The position numbers were made by a program, and so were the translations under genes. The notes beneath the pieces were generated by a model. It ran no database searches. It was not told the DNA's origin and was given only the letters and a program-made list of their open reading frames with translations. 64,000 nt of DNA from Octopus vulgaris (taxonomy: Eukaryota): NCBI GenBank assembly GCA_951406725.2, contig OX597843.1:6820001-6884000 (forward strand). The letters run 5' to 3'. Each line of letters starts with the position of its first letter. Position 1 is the first letter of the stretch. This document shows, one piece after another, positions 12,670-25,424 of the stretch.

Positions 12670-12864
12670 AAGACGGGGAGGATGACTCCCCTTCACAAAT
12701 ACTGAGAGGACACAGATAGTGTGTCTATAGCCAGCTGGAGGAGATATCTTCCTGGGGCTACAAACTACAGTAGCATCCACCCTTATGGGTTAGCCATATT
12801 CAAATGGCAAATATGCGTCACGATGTGTTACCGCTACTGTTTATAACTCGCTCTGAGATTTATC

Positions 12865-12898
<34 letters not shown>

Positions 12899-13017
12899 TG
12901 GATTACATTGACCCCAGTACATGACTGGTACTTACCTGAAAGAATAAAAAAAGTTGACCTCAGTGGACCTTGAATAATATTAAATATATTAATGTTTTTT
13001 TCTTTTGTTGTTTGCAG

Positions 13018-13091
13018 AGAGAAAGAGGATGACTTAGAACGGAAGTTCCAATTATTGACACGAGAGATACGGAATATTATGGACATTGACG
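13018..13091 (+). CDS. EHBP1: EHBP1 bMERB exon (EKEDDLERKFQLLTREIRNIMDID)
   Basis: TTTGCAG acceptor, GTAAGT donor; phase 2 in, phase 1 out; matches EKEHDLERRYELLNRELR. Confidence 0.95.
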
Positions 13092-13206
13092 GTAAGTCGG
13101 CAGAATCATCGTCAAGTCATCGTCAATCATCATATTTTTATTGATATTTGTTTATTTCCATTGCTTTGTTATCATTCGGTTTCAGTTAAAAGTTCAAAGT
13201 GGACCA

Positions 13207-13969
13207 AACCTTTCATAATAACTCTGAGCACCTTTTCAAACTCCACCCGTCTGACACCTGTGGACATGTTTACAAAGTCAGAAAACAGCACAGCCCCTTC
13301 CATGACTTCAGGAAACATTTTTTCACACTAAGAGTTGCTGAAGCATGGAATAAACTGCCGGCATCAGTTGTTAGTTGTCGGAGCACTGCATCCTTCAAAA
13401 CTTCCATGCTTTCTGAGATTCGCCAACACTACACCTGATTTTCTCCCCTCCATACACACGCTGAAGCATGGAACAAACTGCCGGCATCAGTTGTTAGTTG
13501 TCGGAGCACTGCATCCTTCAAAACTTCCATGCTTCCTGAGATTCGCCAACACTACACCTGATTTTCCCCCCTCCATACACACGCTGAAGCATGGAACAAA
13601 CTGACGGCATCAGTTGTTAGTTGTCGGAGCACTGCATCCTTGAAAACTTCCATGCTTTCTGAGATTCACCAACACTACACCTGATTTTCCCCCCTCCATA
13701 CACACGCTGAAGCATGGAACAAACTGCCAGCATCAGTTGTTAGTTGTCGGAGCACTGCATCCTTGAAAACTTCCATGCTTCCTGAGATTTGCCAACACTA
13801 CACCTGATCTTTCTCCCCTCCATACACACAAGCAAGCATCTATCTGACTCATACATTGTTCGCTTTCCAGACATTTCTACATCACTGCATGTACTTTATA
13901 TGCACTTTCTGACAAGTTGTGGGGCACCTGAGCACTGTATACAATTAATTTCATTATTATTATTATTAT
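13207..13969 (+). mobile_element. CR1-group LINE 3' end with four tandem 123-bp copies of the stop-codon region
   Basis: GHVYKVRK..RKHFFTLRVAEAWNKLP motif; repeat units start at 13337, 13460, 13583 and 13706; (ATT)n tail. Confidence 0.85.
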
Positions 13970-14383
13970 ATCCCCCCAAAGAGATAACAACACCTTTCGT
14001 GGGTGAAGACCTTCTTTAAAAGCCTGGGGTCCTCATGTTTCCCCTTTCCCTGCCCACTGTCTTCGGTGCTTGACATTTTTATAGAGGACCCACTTCTTGC
14101 CACCAGTCACTCTTTGGTCCCAAAAAAGGTTCTTTCGGGAAACGTGGCGAGGGAGAGATTAAAACACGGGAACAGAGAGAGAGTTAAAATGGAAAGTGCA
14201 GGACGAGTGCACACACACACACTGGGCTTGGTGGCAGGCAATGAGTAAGTAAACAAAGCACCTCCTCGCACCTGCCCCCCCCCACATTTGTATAGAGTGT
14301 GAGTAAAAGTTTTATGAATGTGGTTCCATTTGGAAATCCCTGGTCAAAGAATACAATTCTCATTGTTTTTATTTTGTTTTTAG

Positions 14384-14498
14384 ACTGGCAAAAGACGGAA
14401 GCACAGAAGAAGCGAGAGAAACTGCTCCTGGACAAGCTGGTTGCCGTGGTGAACAAGAGAGACGAGTTAGTGCAGCATCTGGACACACAGGAGAAAGC
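14384..14498 (+). CDS. EHBP1: EHBP1 bMERB exon (DWQKTEAQKKREKLLLDKLVAVVNKRDELVQHLDTQEKA)
   Basis: TTTTTAG acceptor, GTGAGT donor; matches DWQKTEAQKRREQLLLDELVALVNKRD. Confidence 0.97.
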
Positions 14499-14631
14499 GT
14501 GAGTGTTCATCTTCGTCAGCATCATTATCATCGTCATCCTCATCACCACCACCACCTTTATTATCATTATCAACATCATCATCATCATTAGTCTCATCAT
14601 CATCATCATCATATCAATGATGTATCCTCCC

Positions 14632-15040
14632 TTGTTGTTTAGCCCCAGGTCAGTCTTGATCCAGCAGACCTATGATCAAAGATGTTCCAGCTGTGACCAT
14701 CCCGTCTTTTATTCAGACATAGTGTACCTAGGACTACATTATCTAATGTGTCCTTCCTTAGTGTTGTTGTTTAGCCCCAGGTCAGTACTGATCCAGAAAA
14801 CCTATGATCAAAGATGTTCCAGCCATGACCATCCTGTCTTTTATTTAGACATAGTGTACCTAGGACTACATTATCTAATATGTCCTTCCTTGTTGTTTAG
14901 CCCCAGGTCAGTCCTGATCCAGCAGACCTATGATCAAAGATGTTCCAGCCGTGACCATCCTGTCTTTTATTTAGACATAGTGTACCTAGGACTACATTAC
15001 ATAATGCATCCTTCATTTTTTTTTCTTTTAAAGGCAGTAG
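14632..15040 (-). repeat. Three tandem copies of a ~126-132 bp retroposon 3'-end unit
   Basis: AGCCCCAGGTCAGT at 14641, 14773 and 14899; same unit as the 40499-41400 array. Confidence 0.85.
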
Positions 15041-15316
15041 GGTGTGATTTAAGTCTTTCAGGGACGAGAAAGATAGGCCAAAAACAAAACAAAAAACTCT
15101 AACAGGGCAAAAATTTATATTCTTGCTCTTTTGTCGATTGACCTTTGGCACCAAATGGATCCAACTGACAAATTGTCCTGTTTGTGTCACAGAAATTGTT
15201 GCCAGGGGTAAGGGCAGTTTCTGATTTTCTGATATAAGGAGTGGTGTGTTTTCTGAGCTACCAACCAAGCAACGAAAAGAATTTTAAGTTTCTGATTCAA
15301 TTATATACCATCATTG

Positions 15317-15652
15317 TTGCTCACAACATCATAAGCGGAAAGTGTAACCTCTCGAAAGAGCTGTTCTTCTCTCCTGCTCCAGAGCGTTGGCTGCAGGGTC
15401 ACTCCGAAAAGCTCTATCTGCGACGATTTCATCTCAATCGAAGGAGAGGGGCTTTCTCCGTCCGGGTTGCGGATCCGTGGAATAAGCTGCCGGACGAGAT
15501 GGTGAAGATGCCGACGACCGCTCGGTTCAAAGTCCCTTGACCACAAGTGGCCTGAACTCTTTGCATGAACACCACCCTGTACAAAACTCAATGTCCCTCT
15601 ACATGGCCTTGCTTTTTGCTTTTTGAGCCAAAAATTAACTAACTAACTAACT
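15317..15652 (+). mobile_element. CR1-group LINE 3' fragment with (TAAC)n tail
   Basis: GHSEKLY..RRGAFSVRVADPWNKLP; closely similar to 44260-44597. Confidence 0.85.
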
Positions 15653-15766
15653 CATGAAACTTATAGAAATAAGTGGGGCTTTATTTGCACCCACCCAACT
15701 TGAAAGAGTTGAGGCAGGTTTAGCTGCTATCTCTCCATGGATAACCCGTTTCTTTTTTTATTCCAG

Positions 15767-15848
15767 TATTGCCGAGGACGAGGAACTTGACTTGAAGATC
15801 AGTGAGGGCAACCTGCTTCGCAAGGAGAAGATTTGCAGTGTGCAGTGA
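15767..15848 (+). CDS. EHBP1: EHBP1 last coding exon (IAEDEELDLKISEGNLLRKEKICSVQ*), CaaX prenylation motif
   Basis: TTCCAG acceptor, phase 2 in, TGA stop; C-terminal CSVQ parallels the EHBP1 CaaX box (CVLQ). Confidence 0.93.
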
Positions 15849-15878
15849 TCCTGAGCCAACGTAATCCCTCCAAACTCA

Positions 15879-16720
15879 CAGCAGCACATCATACAAGGGT
15901 CCTGAACAAGCTGTGGACCTTAAACTTTCAGCATCACGTCTTTCAATGAACCTTTTAAAAGGACTCTGTGTGTGTTTTTTTACACACAAACTTACCAAGG
16001 AAGAGAGAATCTTTTAGGGTCACTGTGGATATTTTGAAACCCCTAAAACTGCATGATGCAGTGATCCCTTTAAGGGAAACCTCGGACCTTAAACCTTCAG
16101 CATAACATACAGCGAATTATTGTGGCTTGCGGACCCCTACCCTAACACCCCAGTATTACAAGGTACACTAAATTCTCAAAGGTTTGCCAACCTTAACCCC
16201 CTGCTCCCCATCGACTCCAGCATGACATGGTACCCTGAATTTTTGAGGGGCCTGCCACCCTTAACCCACTAACTCTCCCTTAACTGCCTAACACTTCCTC
16301 AACTGCCTAACTCTCCCTTAACCCCTAACTCCCCTTAACCCCCCCCAACTCCCCACTCAAATCCAGCATCACATGATACAGTGAATTTTTTCCAGGGTAT
16401 GTTGACCTTAACTTTTCCCTAGCTTCACTCCAGCATTACAGGTTAACTGAATATTTAAGGGTCTGACACCCACCTCCACCCCAGCCTCACATGTTACAGT
16501 GGACATTTAAGGGCCTGTTAACCTTAAGGCCCTTTCCTTCTCCTCCCCAACTCTAACAACACATGGTACAATGAACTTTTAAAGGGTCTGTTGACTTAAT
16601 CCCTCCTCTCCCCTACTTCACTCCAACACCTCATGATACAGTGAATTTCTGAAGGGTCTGCCAAACCTAAACCTCAAACCTTTCACCCCAGCATCACATG
16701 GCACTGTAAACTTGAACCTT
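15879..16720 (+). repeat. Degenerate ~50-bp motif array with variable C-rich spacers in the presumed EHBP1 3' UTR
   Basis: About 12 copies of consensus CCAGCATCACATGRTACAGTGAATTTTWAAGGGTCTG..ACCTTAA. Confidence 0.8.
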
Positions 16721-17599
16721 TTCTATGTACTTTGCTGTACTTTAACTGTACTTTACACACAAGCGCCCATCAGGGTTCTTCAGAGACCCTGTGGACTTGA
16801 AAACTCAGTACTGCCCTTCCCTAACACTCTGTAGTTTAGGGATCAGGTCTGAATGAAACCCTCAACCTCCCTATGTCACCCAACTCAACTTCCTTAATCA
16901 ATGGACATAATGTAAGGGGGCTGCTTGGTTGATTTGGACCCTACCCTTCTCACTACAACGATCTGAATGAATCCCTTGTAACCCCTGATTAACTAAATAT
17001 TAGTTAGGGGTTACTAAGCTTCTGACTAAACACCGTACAGGAATATCCTTAAAAAAACTCGCCACTCTAGACCCCGTAATTCATTAAAGCCCACCCCAAA
17101 AATCCACATTGTACAGAAACTTTAAGGGACCTTTTGTACCTGAATATAAAATTAAAAAAAAAAGCTGGCTTAAGGGATTCCGTGTGTATTGAAACTATTA
17201 ACAGAAGCACCTAAATCAGAAAGGGACCTTCTAAGAGGCCCTTGTTCTTATTCTCTTCCTTTGAAATCCCAGATTTGCTTTGTATTGTAAGATAGAGGGA
17301 GCTGTTTATATTTGTACCTTAATGTTTTGAAAGAAAGGGAAAAAAAAGAGGAACAGATGAAATGGGATCCCCTAAAGAAGATCTTTTGGACAATAGGGGG
17401 GCTTAAATGGGGGTTTCGTCTGCTTGTCTTAAATTATATGGTGACGCACATGCAAATGAGATGCACCCAGCTTATATGAGGGGACAGGGGACGGGGGACA
17501 CCAGCACACACACACACACACACACACACGTTTGCACACATGTACATACACACACACACAAACACACACATTCATACACTTATTTATGCGCACAAAGGG

Positions 17600-18350
<751 letters not shown>

Positions 18351-18985
18351 TAAAAGATGCTACTCCCATACCTCTCACACGGACAGCTACTAAAATACAG
18401 AACCCTCTTTTACCAATACTCAAAGGATTGACAGACAAACGGCAGAAAGGGGCTGGGTGGGTGCCCTCACAAAATCGCTTTATTTTGTACTTTAAAAGGG
18501 TTTTCATTTGGTATGAAAGAGAGAGAGAGAGAGAGAGAAAGTGGCACAGCTTTGTAGGGGTGTTTATTATTATTTACATGATTATTATTATTAATTTATT
18601 TGTTTGGCTCTGCAGGTGTATTTTTTTTGTCATTAATGTTGTTGTTGTTGTCCTTTAGCCCTAGGCCGTCCCTCTCTGAGCAGACCTTGGTCCATGGCAT
18701 ACAGCTGATAGGTTACTGATTAAAGGCTCGGCACAGGGAGTTGATTGATTCATCACTGATGCATAGTGACCCCTGTTGCTAGGTCCTTGTTGTGCTTTTG
18801 GTGGGTCTGCAGTGTTTTTTTTCGTATATGTATCTAAATTGTGTGTGTGTGTATGTATAACATCATATATATACATGTGTGTGTTTGTGTGTGTCTGCAT
18901 AATATAGTATATATATCTATATGTGTATGTATGTATATATATATATATGTACATACCTACATATATATGTATATATGCATATATT

Positions 18986-19033
<48 letters not shown>

Positions 19034-19169
19034 AATGATATATAAATATATGCATATATATATACATATATGTACATACCTACATATATATGTATATATA
19101 TGCATGCATATATGGGTACAGGATATCAAAAAAAAAAAAACGTTGAACACAATGAGAAATATATATGTA

Positions 19170-19214
<45 letters not shown>

Positions 19215-19344
19215 GGAATTTAACGCAGGTGTAATTGAAATACTTTTACTTCCGACACATGTTTCAAAAATTTCACTGATATTATTCCAAAGGAATAAAT
19301 GGTGTAAAGCAATGTAATCAAGGGAAAAAATTCACTCATCTATT

Positions 19345-19393
<49 letters not shown>

Positions 19394-19497
19394 GTATATA
19401 TACGTAGTATATGGTATATATACATAGCACACACACATATTAGAAGATGAAAAAAAGGATTAAATGATCCAGGCAGATATAATGTACGCCAATTTAA

Positions 19498-19718
19498 TCC
19501 TTTCATTACTGTATTTATTTTGAGATGTTCTGAGTTTCTTTCAATTGCTTTAAATATTACAAAGAATTTAGTAAAATAACTTAGTTTTCATTCAGCTAGT
19601 GTTAGGAACATAAATTGTGACTAAGGTTTGGTGGAAGATCTTAATTCAAAATTTTTGAAAACAAGACATTTGTACTACAGAGCCAGAACCGGTTTCAGCC
19701 AGGTTGGTAATGAAAGGG
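19498..19718. mobile_element. piggyBac/Kolobok-type MITE with TTAA target duplication
   Basis: TTAA|TCCTTTCATTAC ... GTAATGAAAGGG|TTAA. Confidence 0.75.
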
Positions 19719-20098
19719 TTAAATGAATTTGGTCAGCTATATCCAGCAATCAGACACCAGTAAATGTAAGTGGAGATACACATCCAAGGTCATTCCTCAT
19801 CTATGACAAACAGGTCTGAACATCATTTAGAAGAATTTCAAGAAATTCGGAGCATTTGCCAACAAAAATACATGTAGAGAAAAATCATATCTTTAATTGT
19901 AGAATCCACCATACAAAGCTGATGATTGTTTCTGCTGCATCAACACATTTGGACAGAGAAAATATCATTCAGATTAATATATCTGGAAATACATGTTAAG
20001 ACAGGGTTTTCAAGGTGGTCCAAGATCAGTTAAATTTGGGGTCAACCAAGAAAATATTTCCAGTACATGAACGCATACAAAAAGAACGTTATGAAATA

Positions 20099-20407
20099 CT
20101 AGCAGTATCACCCGGCGTTGCTCGGGTTTGTAAGGGAAATAACTATATAAGCATTTTTAGAGAGTTACTACCCTTATATAAACCGAGCAAAAAATGCATT
20201 AAAAATGCGGAAAAATGATGGTAAATTTTTTTTTAAATCGTAGACTCATCATAGACGCACGCTAATGCCCAGAAGGGCTCGATATGAATCACGACTATAA
20301 GATACCCGCTTTTAGTTAAACTGCACCGCAAAATGTGGGAGTAGTTAGGAATCTAAATCGGAGTAGACAGACTCTCACACACACAACTTCAGTTTTATAT
20401 ATAAAGA
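20099..20407 (-). mobile_element. Non-autonomous Helitron
   Basis: Minus strand A|TCTTTATATATAAAACTGAAG ... CCCGAGCAACGCCGGG hairpin ... CTAG|T. Confidence 0.8.
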
Positions 20408-21083
20408 TAATCTAAGGAAAGCTATTTTTGTATTCAAATGTTGGTGATATTCAGTGGATAACGAAACAATAAAAACTAAAGACATGACTTCCACAATATG
20501 ACAATTAGAAGCAGAGATTCTCTGTAATGACAATTAGTTAATTATTTATTAAATATAATAAACTTCTTTTTAGAAAAATTGTGCTTAATATATAATATCT
20601 GAAAGATTGTCTGTCCTTTAGAAAATCAGTGTTTAAGGAAAAATATAGTTTATCAATGTGAGGTAATCACGGGATCATAAGTATTATTACTTAGGTTCAT
20701 CTGCTACAATTTGGAAATCCGGATTTCATAATCTTTCTCTTTCATTTAAGTATAGAAGGAAATGTAATTCTACAAATCTTAGAAAATGTATCAGGGACTT
20801 AAAAGATAGGAATATTAAGTATTATTTAAAGTGGTCCATTATTTGTTAGGCACAATTGTACAGTATTGGCAATTCTACAGGTGATTAAATGTATTATATA
20901 ATTGCTTCTGAATTAGTATTATTAAATTTTAATGGGGATTTGACATTGAAATGTCGCTACAAATTTCTGAAGGCATTTAAACGTTTCAATTCTTAATTAT
21001 AATTGCTTTTCATATAATAAAATCACTACAAATGTTTCCACACATCATTACACCCACAAGGTCTTTACCTAAAGCTTATTTAA

Positions 21084-21131
<48 letters not shown>

Positions 21132-22187
21132 TAGTGATTGTGCAATAGTCCTAACATGGAATGTTTATACACGCAAACACATACGTTTATGTGTGTGTAC
21201 ATTTGTATATATGTTTATGTATATATGTTAATGTATGTGTATTTATGTATATTTGTGTATATGTATGCTTATGTATATATATATATATATGCTTGTAAAA
21301 GAAAATGTGTGTGCGTGCATGTGTGTATGTATACATGTGTGTAAAATGTGTATGTATGTGTATATATGCATATATACACATACATACAGTATAATGTAAA
21401 GGTGCTTAGACACACATGTTGTGTCAGATATATACACACACACAAGCACGCACACACATACATATACTTTTCTGTGGTGTTGGACTCTAATAAACACCCT
21501 GTTGTATCGTTTATGCATTAAAAATATTCCAGTATTATACACCCTGTATTTGTTGTTCTTTCGTGCACTTTTGCTGTTGTTGTTGTGTATATACAGGTGT
21601 TTGTGTGCATCATTGCTATTGTGCAAAGCTGTCGCAACAGTTTAACATAATAGCAACGATATATATACTGTTGTATCTGTTGTGTGTGTATATATATATA
21701 TATGTATATGTATGTATATGTATATTTATATTTATATATATGTACACACACATATATGGGCGTAGAAACATTGCCAGATAAGACCGGAGCCTGGTGCAGC
21801 CTTCTGGCTTCCCAGATCCTCGGTCGAACCGTCCAACCCATGCTAGCATGGAGAATGGACGTTAAACGATGATGATGATATACGTAAAAAGCACCATCCG
21901 AATCGTGGCCGATGCCAGTGCCGCCTCGACTGGCTTCCGTGCCGGTGGCACGTAAAATGCACCAATCCGACCGTGGCCGTTGCCAGCCTCTCCTGGCACC
22001 TGTGCCGGTGGCATGTAAAAAGCACCCACTACACTCTTGGAGTGGTTGGCGTTAGGAAGGGCATCCAGCTGTAGAAACACTGCCAGATCAGACTGGAGCC
22101 TGTGCAGCCATCTGGTTTCCCAGATCCCTGGTCGAACCGTCCAACCTGTGCTAGCATGGAAAGCAGACGCTAAACGATGATGATGAT

Positions 22188-22237
<50 letters not shown>

Positions 22238-22489
22238 ATATAATAGATGCTACTCCCATACCTCTCACATGAACTGCTACTAAAATACAGTTCTTTCTCT
22301 TTTACCAATACTCTAAGGATTGACAGACAAACGGCAGAAAGGGGCAGGGTGGGTTCTCTCTGGGGAGAGTCATTCTCTTTTGATGCCTTTGTAATTTAAC
22401 ACACACACTGGTAAAATTTCCACTTATTTCTTTCTTGTTTTTCTAAAATGTTTGTTGCGTCTTGCAACATCTCCAGCAATTATTGACTG

Positions 22490-23890
22490 TCCTGCTTCCT
22501 CTCACAGGTATTGCGACCTTGCATAGAGATGTCTCTGGATGTCTGTGTGAGCACGGAAGATCTCCTCAGTAAAATCAGTACTTGCAACCACTCCAACGAC
22601 CTCACGGTTTGTGTAGTGGGTAGAATGGATGTGATTTCACTCTATCCATCTATAGACAGAGATTTTGCTCTGGAGAAATGCATTCAGGTAATTTGTGAGA
22701 GTGAAGTGGAATTCCATAAGGTAAACACGGGGGAACTGGGCCTCCTCCTCAGACTAAGCTCCAACAGTGACTATTTAGATGACCATGACCTCAGTAGATT
22801 CTACCCCACCAGGTCACAGAGGGGAAGACCGCCCACCATCACTTCAGCAGTGAAAAAAAGCACCACAGAGCGCTGGAGTGGCTAGACTGCACCCACCCAA
22901 GACCCTGAGAACAACAATCAGGTGAAAGAAATGATTGTACACGCAATAGGGGCCAGTGTAAAAAACACCTTGAAAAACCACATAGTAAAGTTTAATAAAA
23001 AAACTATACATGCAGGTTCAAGGTGCAGCCATCGGTGTCAGTGTAGCTGGAGATGTGGCCGGCCTCTTCATGACCTGGTGGGACAGAAAACTTAAGCAAA
23101 TGTTAGCAGAAGAGTCCACAACTCTTCTACTCTACAGTAGATATGTAGATGACATTAATATCATAGTTAGGACCAACTCTAGTGACGGTGGTGTAGAAAC
23201 TGAGAAGAATGTAATGGAGAACATCCAGCAAATAGCTAACTCCATTCACCAAAGTATCAAGGTAACTATAGATTACCCCACTAAGCACCCCAACAATAGA
23301 CTCCCTGTACTTGATACTGAACTTTGGTTAGAGACTGAACAATAGGGTGCAGTTCTTCCACTCCTATTACATGAAACCCATAGCTTCAAAATATGTTGTT
23401 CACAAGAATTCTGCTTTGTTACACATGAAAATTAACATACTGATAGCAGACCTAGTTAGAATAATGAACAATGTGTCCCCACTATGCGAACCCTATACAG
23501 AACTTCATACACCGCATGCAGTTCTCTGGCTATGATCAGAAAGATAGGGTTCGGGTATATAGGGGGGCTAGAAAGAAATTAGATAACATTATATGTAATG
23601 ATACCAGTGGTACCTGCCCTGGATATAGAAACAAAGAATGGAATAGAATACAAAGAACTTGTGACAAAGCAAACAGGGCGAACATGTGGTATAAAACTGA
23701 CAAATATGAAGGAGTGATGTCTGTAGAGGTCAGCCCATGGAGAACTAGCCCGTAGATTTAGGAAAGCTCTGAAGGAGACCAAACTCAGCATTAAGATTGC
23801 TGAAAAGCCAGGGAACTCAGTCAGATCACAACCATGTAGGACATACCCCTTTGAGAATAGCATATGCACCAATGATAACTGCAGGGTATT
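22490..23890 (+). pseudogene. Decayed Penelope-like element reverse transcriptase, truncated near the Cys-rich linker
   Basis: DVISLYPSID, QVQGAAIG, YSRYVDDI, LPVLD and RMQFSGY motifs across frameshifted or stopped ORFs. Confidence 0.8.
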
Positions 23891-24847
23891 TAGGATTAGC
23901 CATGGTATTAACTGTAGAATTAGAAATGTAGTTTACAGCATAAGATGCACACATACGCAAATGGAGACTGAAACACATGACCATATATATATATACACAC
24001 ACTTTACTTCCCACAAGGACACATATGGAGACACGGGTTCACACGTATGGAGATGCACATCCATCCTTACATACAAACACAGTTCTTACTTGCAAAACAC
24101 ACACATACACACATGCAAACACATGAATACATACAGATGTACACACATAAATAGATACATAGGCACACACATACATGCATGCATACATACATACACACAT
24201 ACATACATGCATACATACATACATACATACATACATACATACATAAACAAATACATACACACATATATACATACATACGTACATACATACATAAACATGC
24301 ATGCATACATATACATACATACATACGTGTATATGCACACACTGACCCCCACACACACGCACAAACAAACAAAAGGCAGTGCAGTGTAAATAAGGGACAG
24401 AGTCAAGACCCTTGAAAAGGTTGCAAGATGCAAGGAAAAAATTTTAGGAAAATAAAAATAAGAAATAAGTGGAAATTTTACCAGTGAGTGGGTTACATAA
24501 TAAGGCACTAAAAGAGAATGACTCTCCCCAGACACAACAAAACATGCTTCAACACACGAACTCATATAAAGAATCTTGCAAACCAAATCCAAAAACGAAA
24601 TGTATACACACACACATATATATTTATTTATTTATACATACACACACACACACACACATATATTTATTTATTTATACATACACACACACACACACACACA
24701 TATATATTTATTTATATACACACACACACATACACGTATGCACACACACACGCACACATATATTTATTTATTTATATACACACGCACACATTGGTAGTAT
24801 GTGTATTTATATATATATCTGTGTGTGTGTGTGTGTGTGTATCTAGT

Positions 24848-25060
24848 GGAGGCGTAATGGCTCAGTGGTTAGGGTTTCGGATTTGCGGTCGTAGGATCGC
24901 AGATTTGATTCCCAGAGCGTGCGTTGGGAGGGAGGGGTGAATGGTTTATTGAGCGAAAGCACCTGAAGCTCCGCGAGGCTCCCGGCAGGAGGGGGAGAGG
25001 GGGTGGAGGGGGTGAACCCGGCCGTATTCTTCCTCCACAACCTTCTCTCATTCTTTCCTC
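24848..25060 (+). mobile_element. 5' half of a tRNA-derived SINE, family B, broken by inversion
   Basis: GGAGGCGTAATGGCTCAGTGGTTAGGG head; the apparent continuation lies inverted at about 25645-25829. Confidence 0.65.
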
Positions 25061-25221
25061 ATATTTACATATTTATTTACATGGCGGTGCCCCAGCATGG
25101 CCACAGCTCATGAGCTGAAACTAGGATCAATCAATCAATCATATCACATCTTATTTCTTCATATTGGCGCTTTCAACTAATGTATTAAATCTGTACATCA
25201 CCCCCAATACTTCAAACATTA

Positions 25222-25272
25222 TTTGACCATATTTGGACATACGACACTTTCAGATAATTGTAACGATATATA

Positions 25273-25315
<43 letters not shown>

Positions 25316-25336
25316 GACAGTTTTAGATAATAGTCA

Positions 25337-25380
<44 letters not shown>

Positions 25381-25424
25381 CTTTTCTATTATCTGAAAGT
25401 GTCGTATGTCCAAATATGGTCAAA
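25222..25424. repeat. Perfect 37-bp inverted repeat pair around (TA)n
   Basis: TTTGACCATATTTGGACATACGACACTTTCAGATAAT at 25222-25258 and its reverse complement at 25388-25424. Confidence 0.85.

Noticed and set aside
15879-16720. CRISPR-like repeat/spacer appearance
   Set aside because: Eukaryotic context, highly degenerate repeats, low-complexity irregular spacers and no cas genes.
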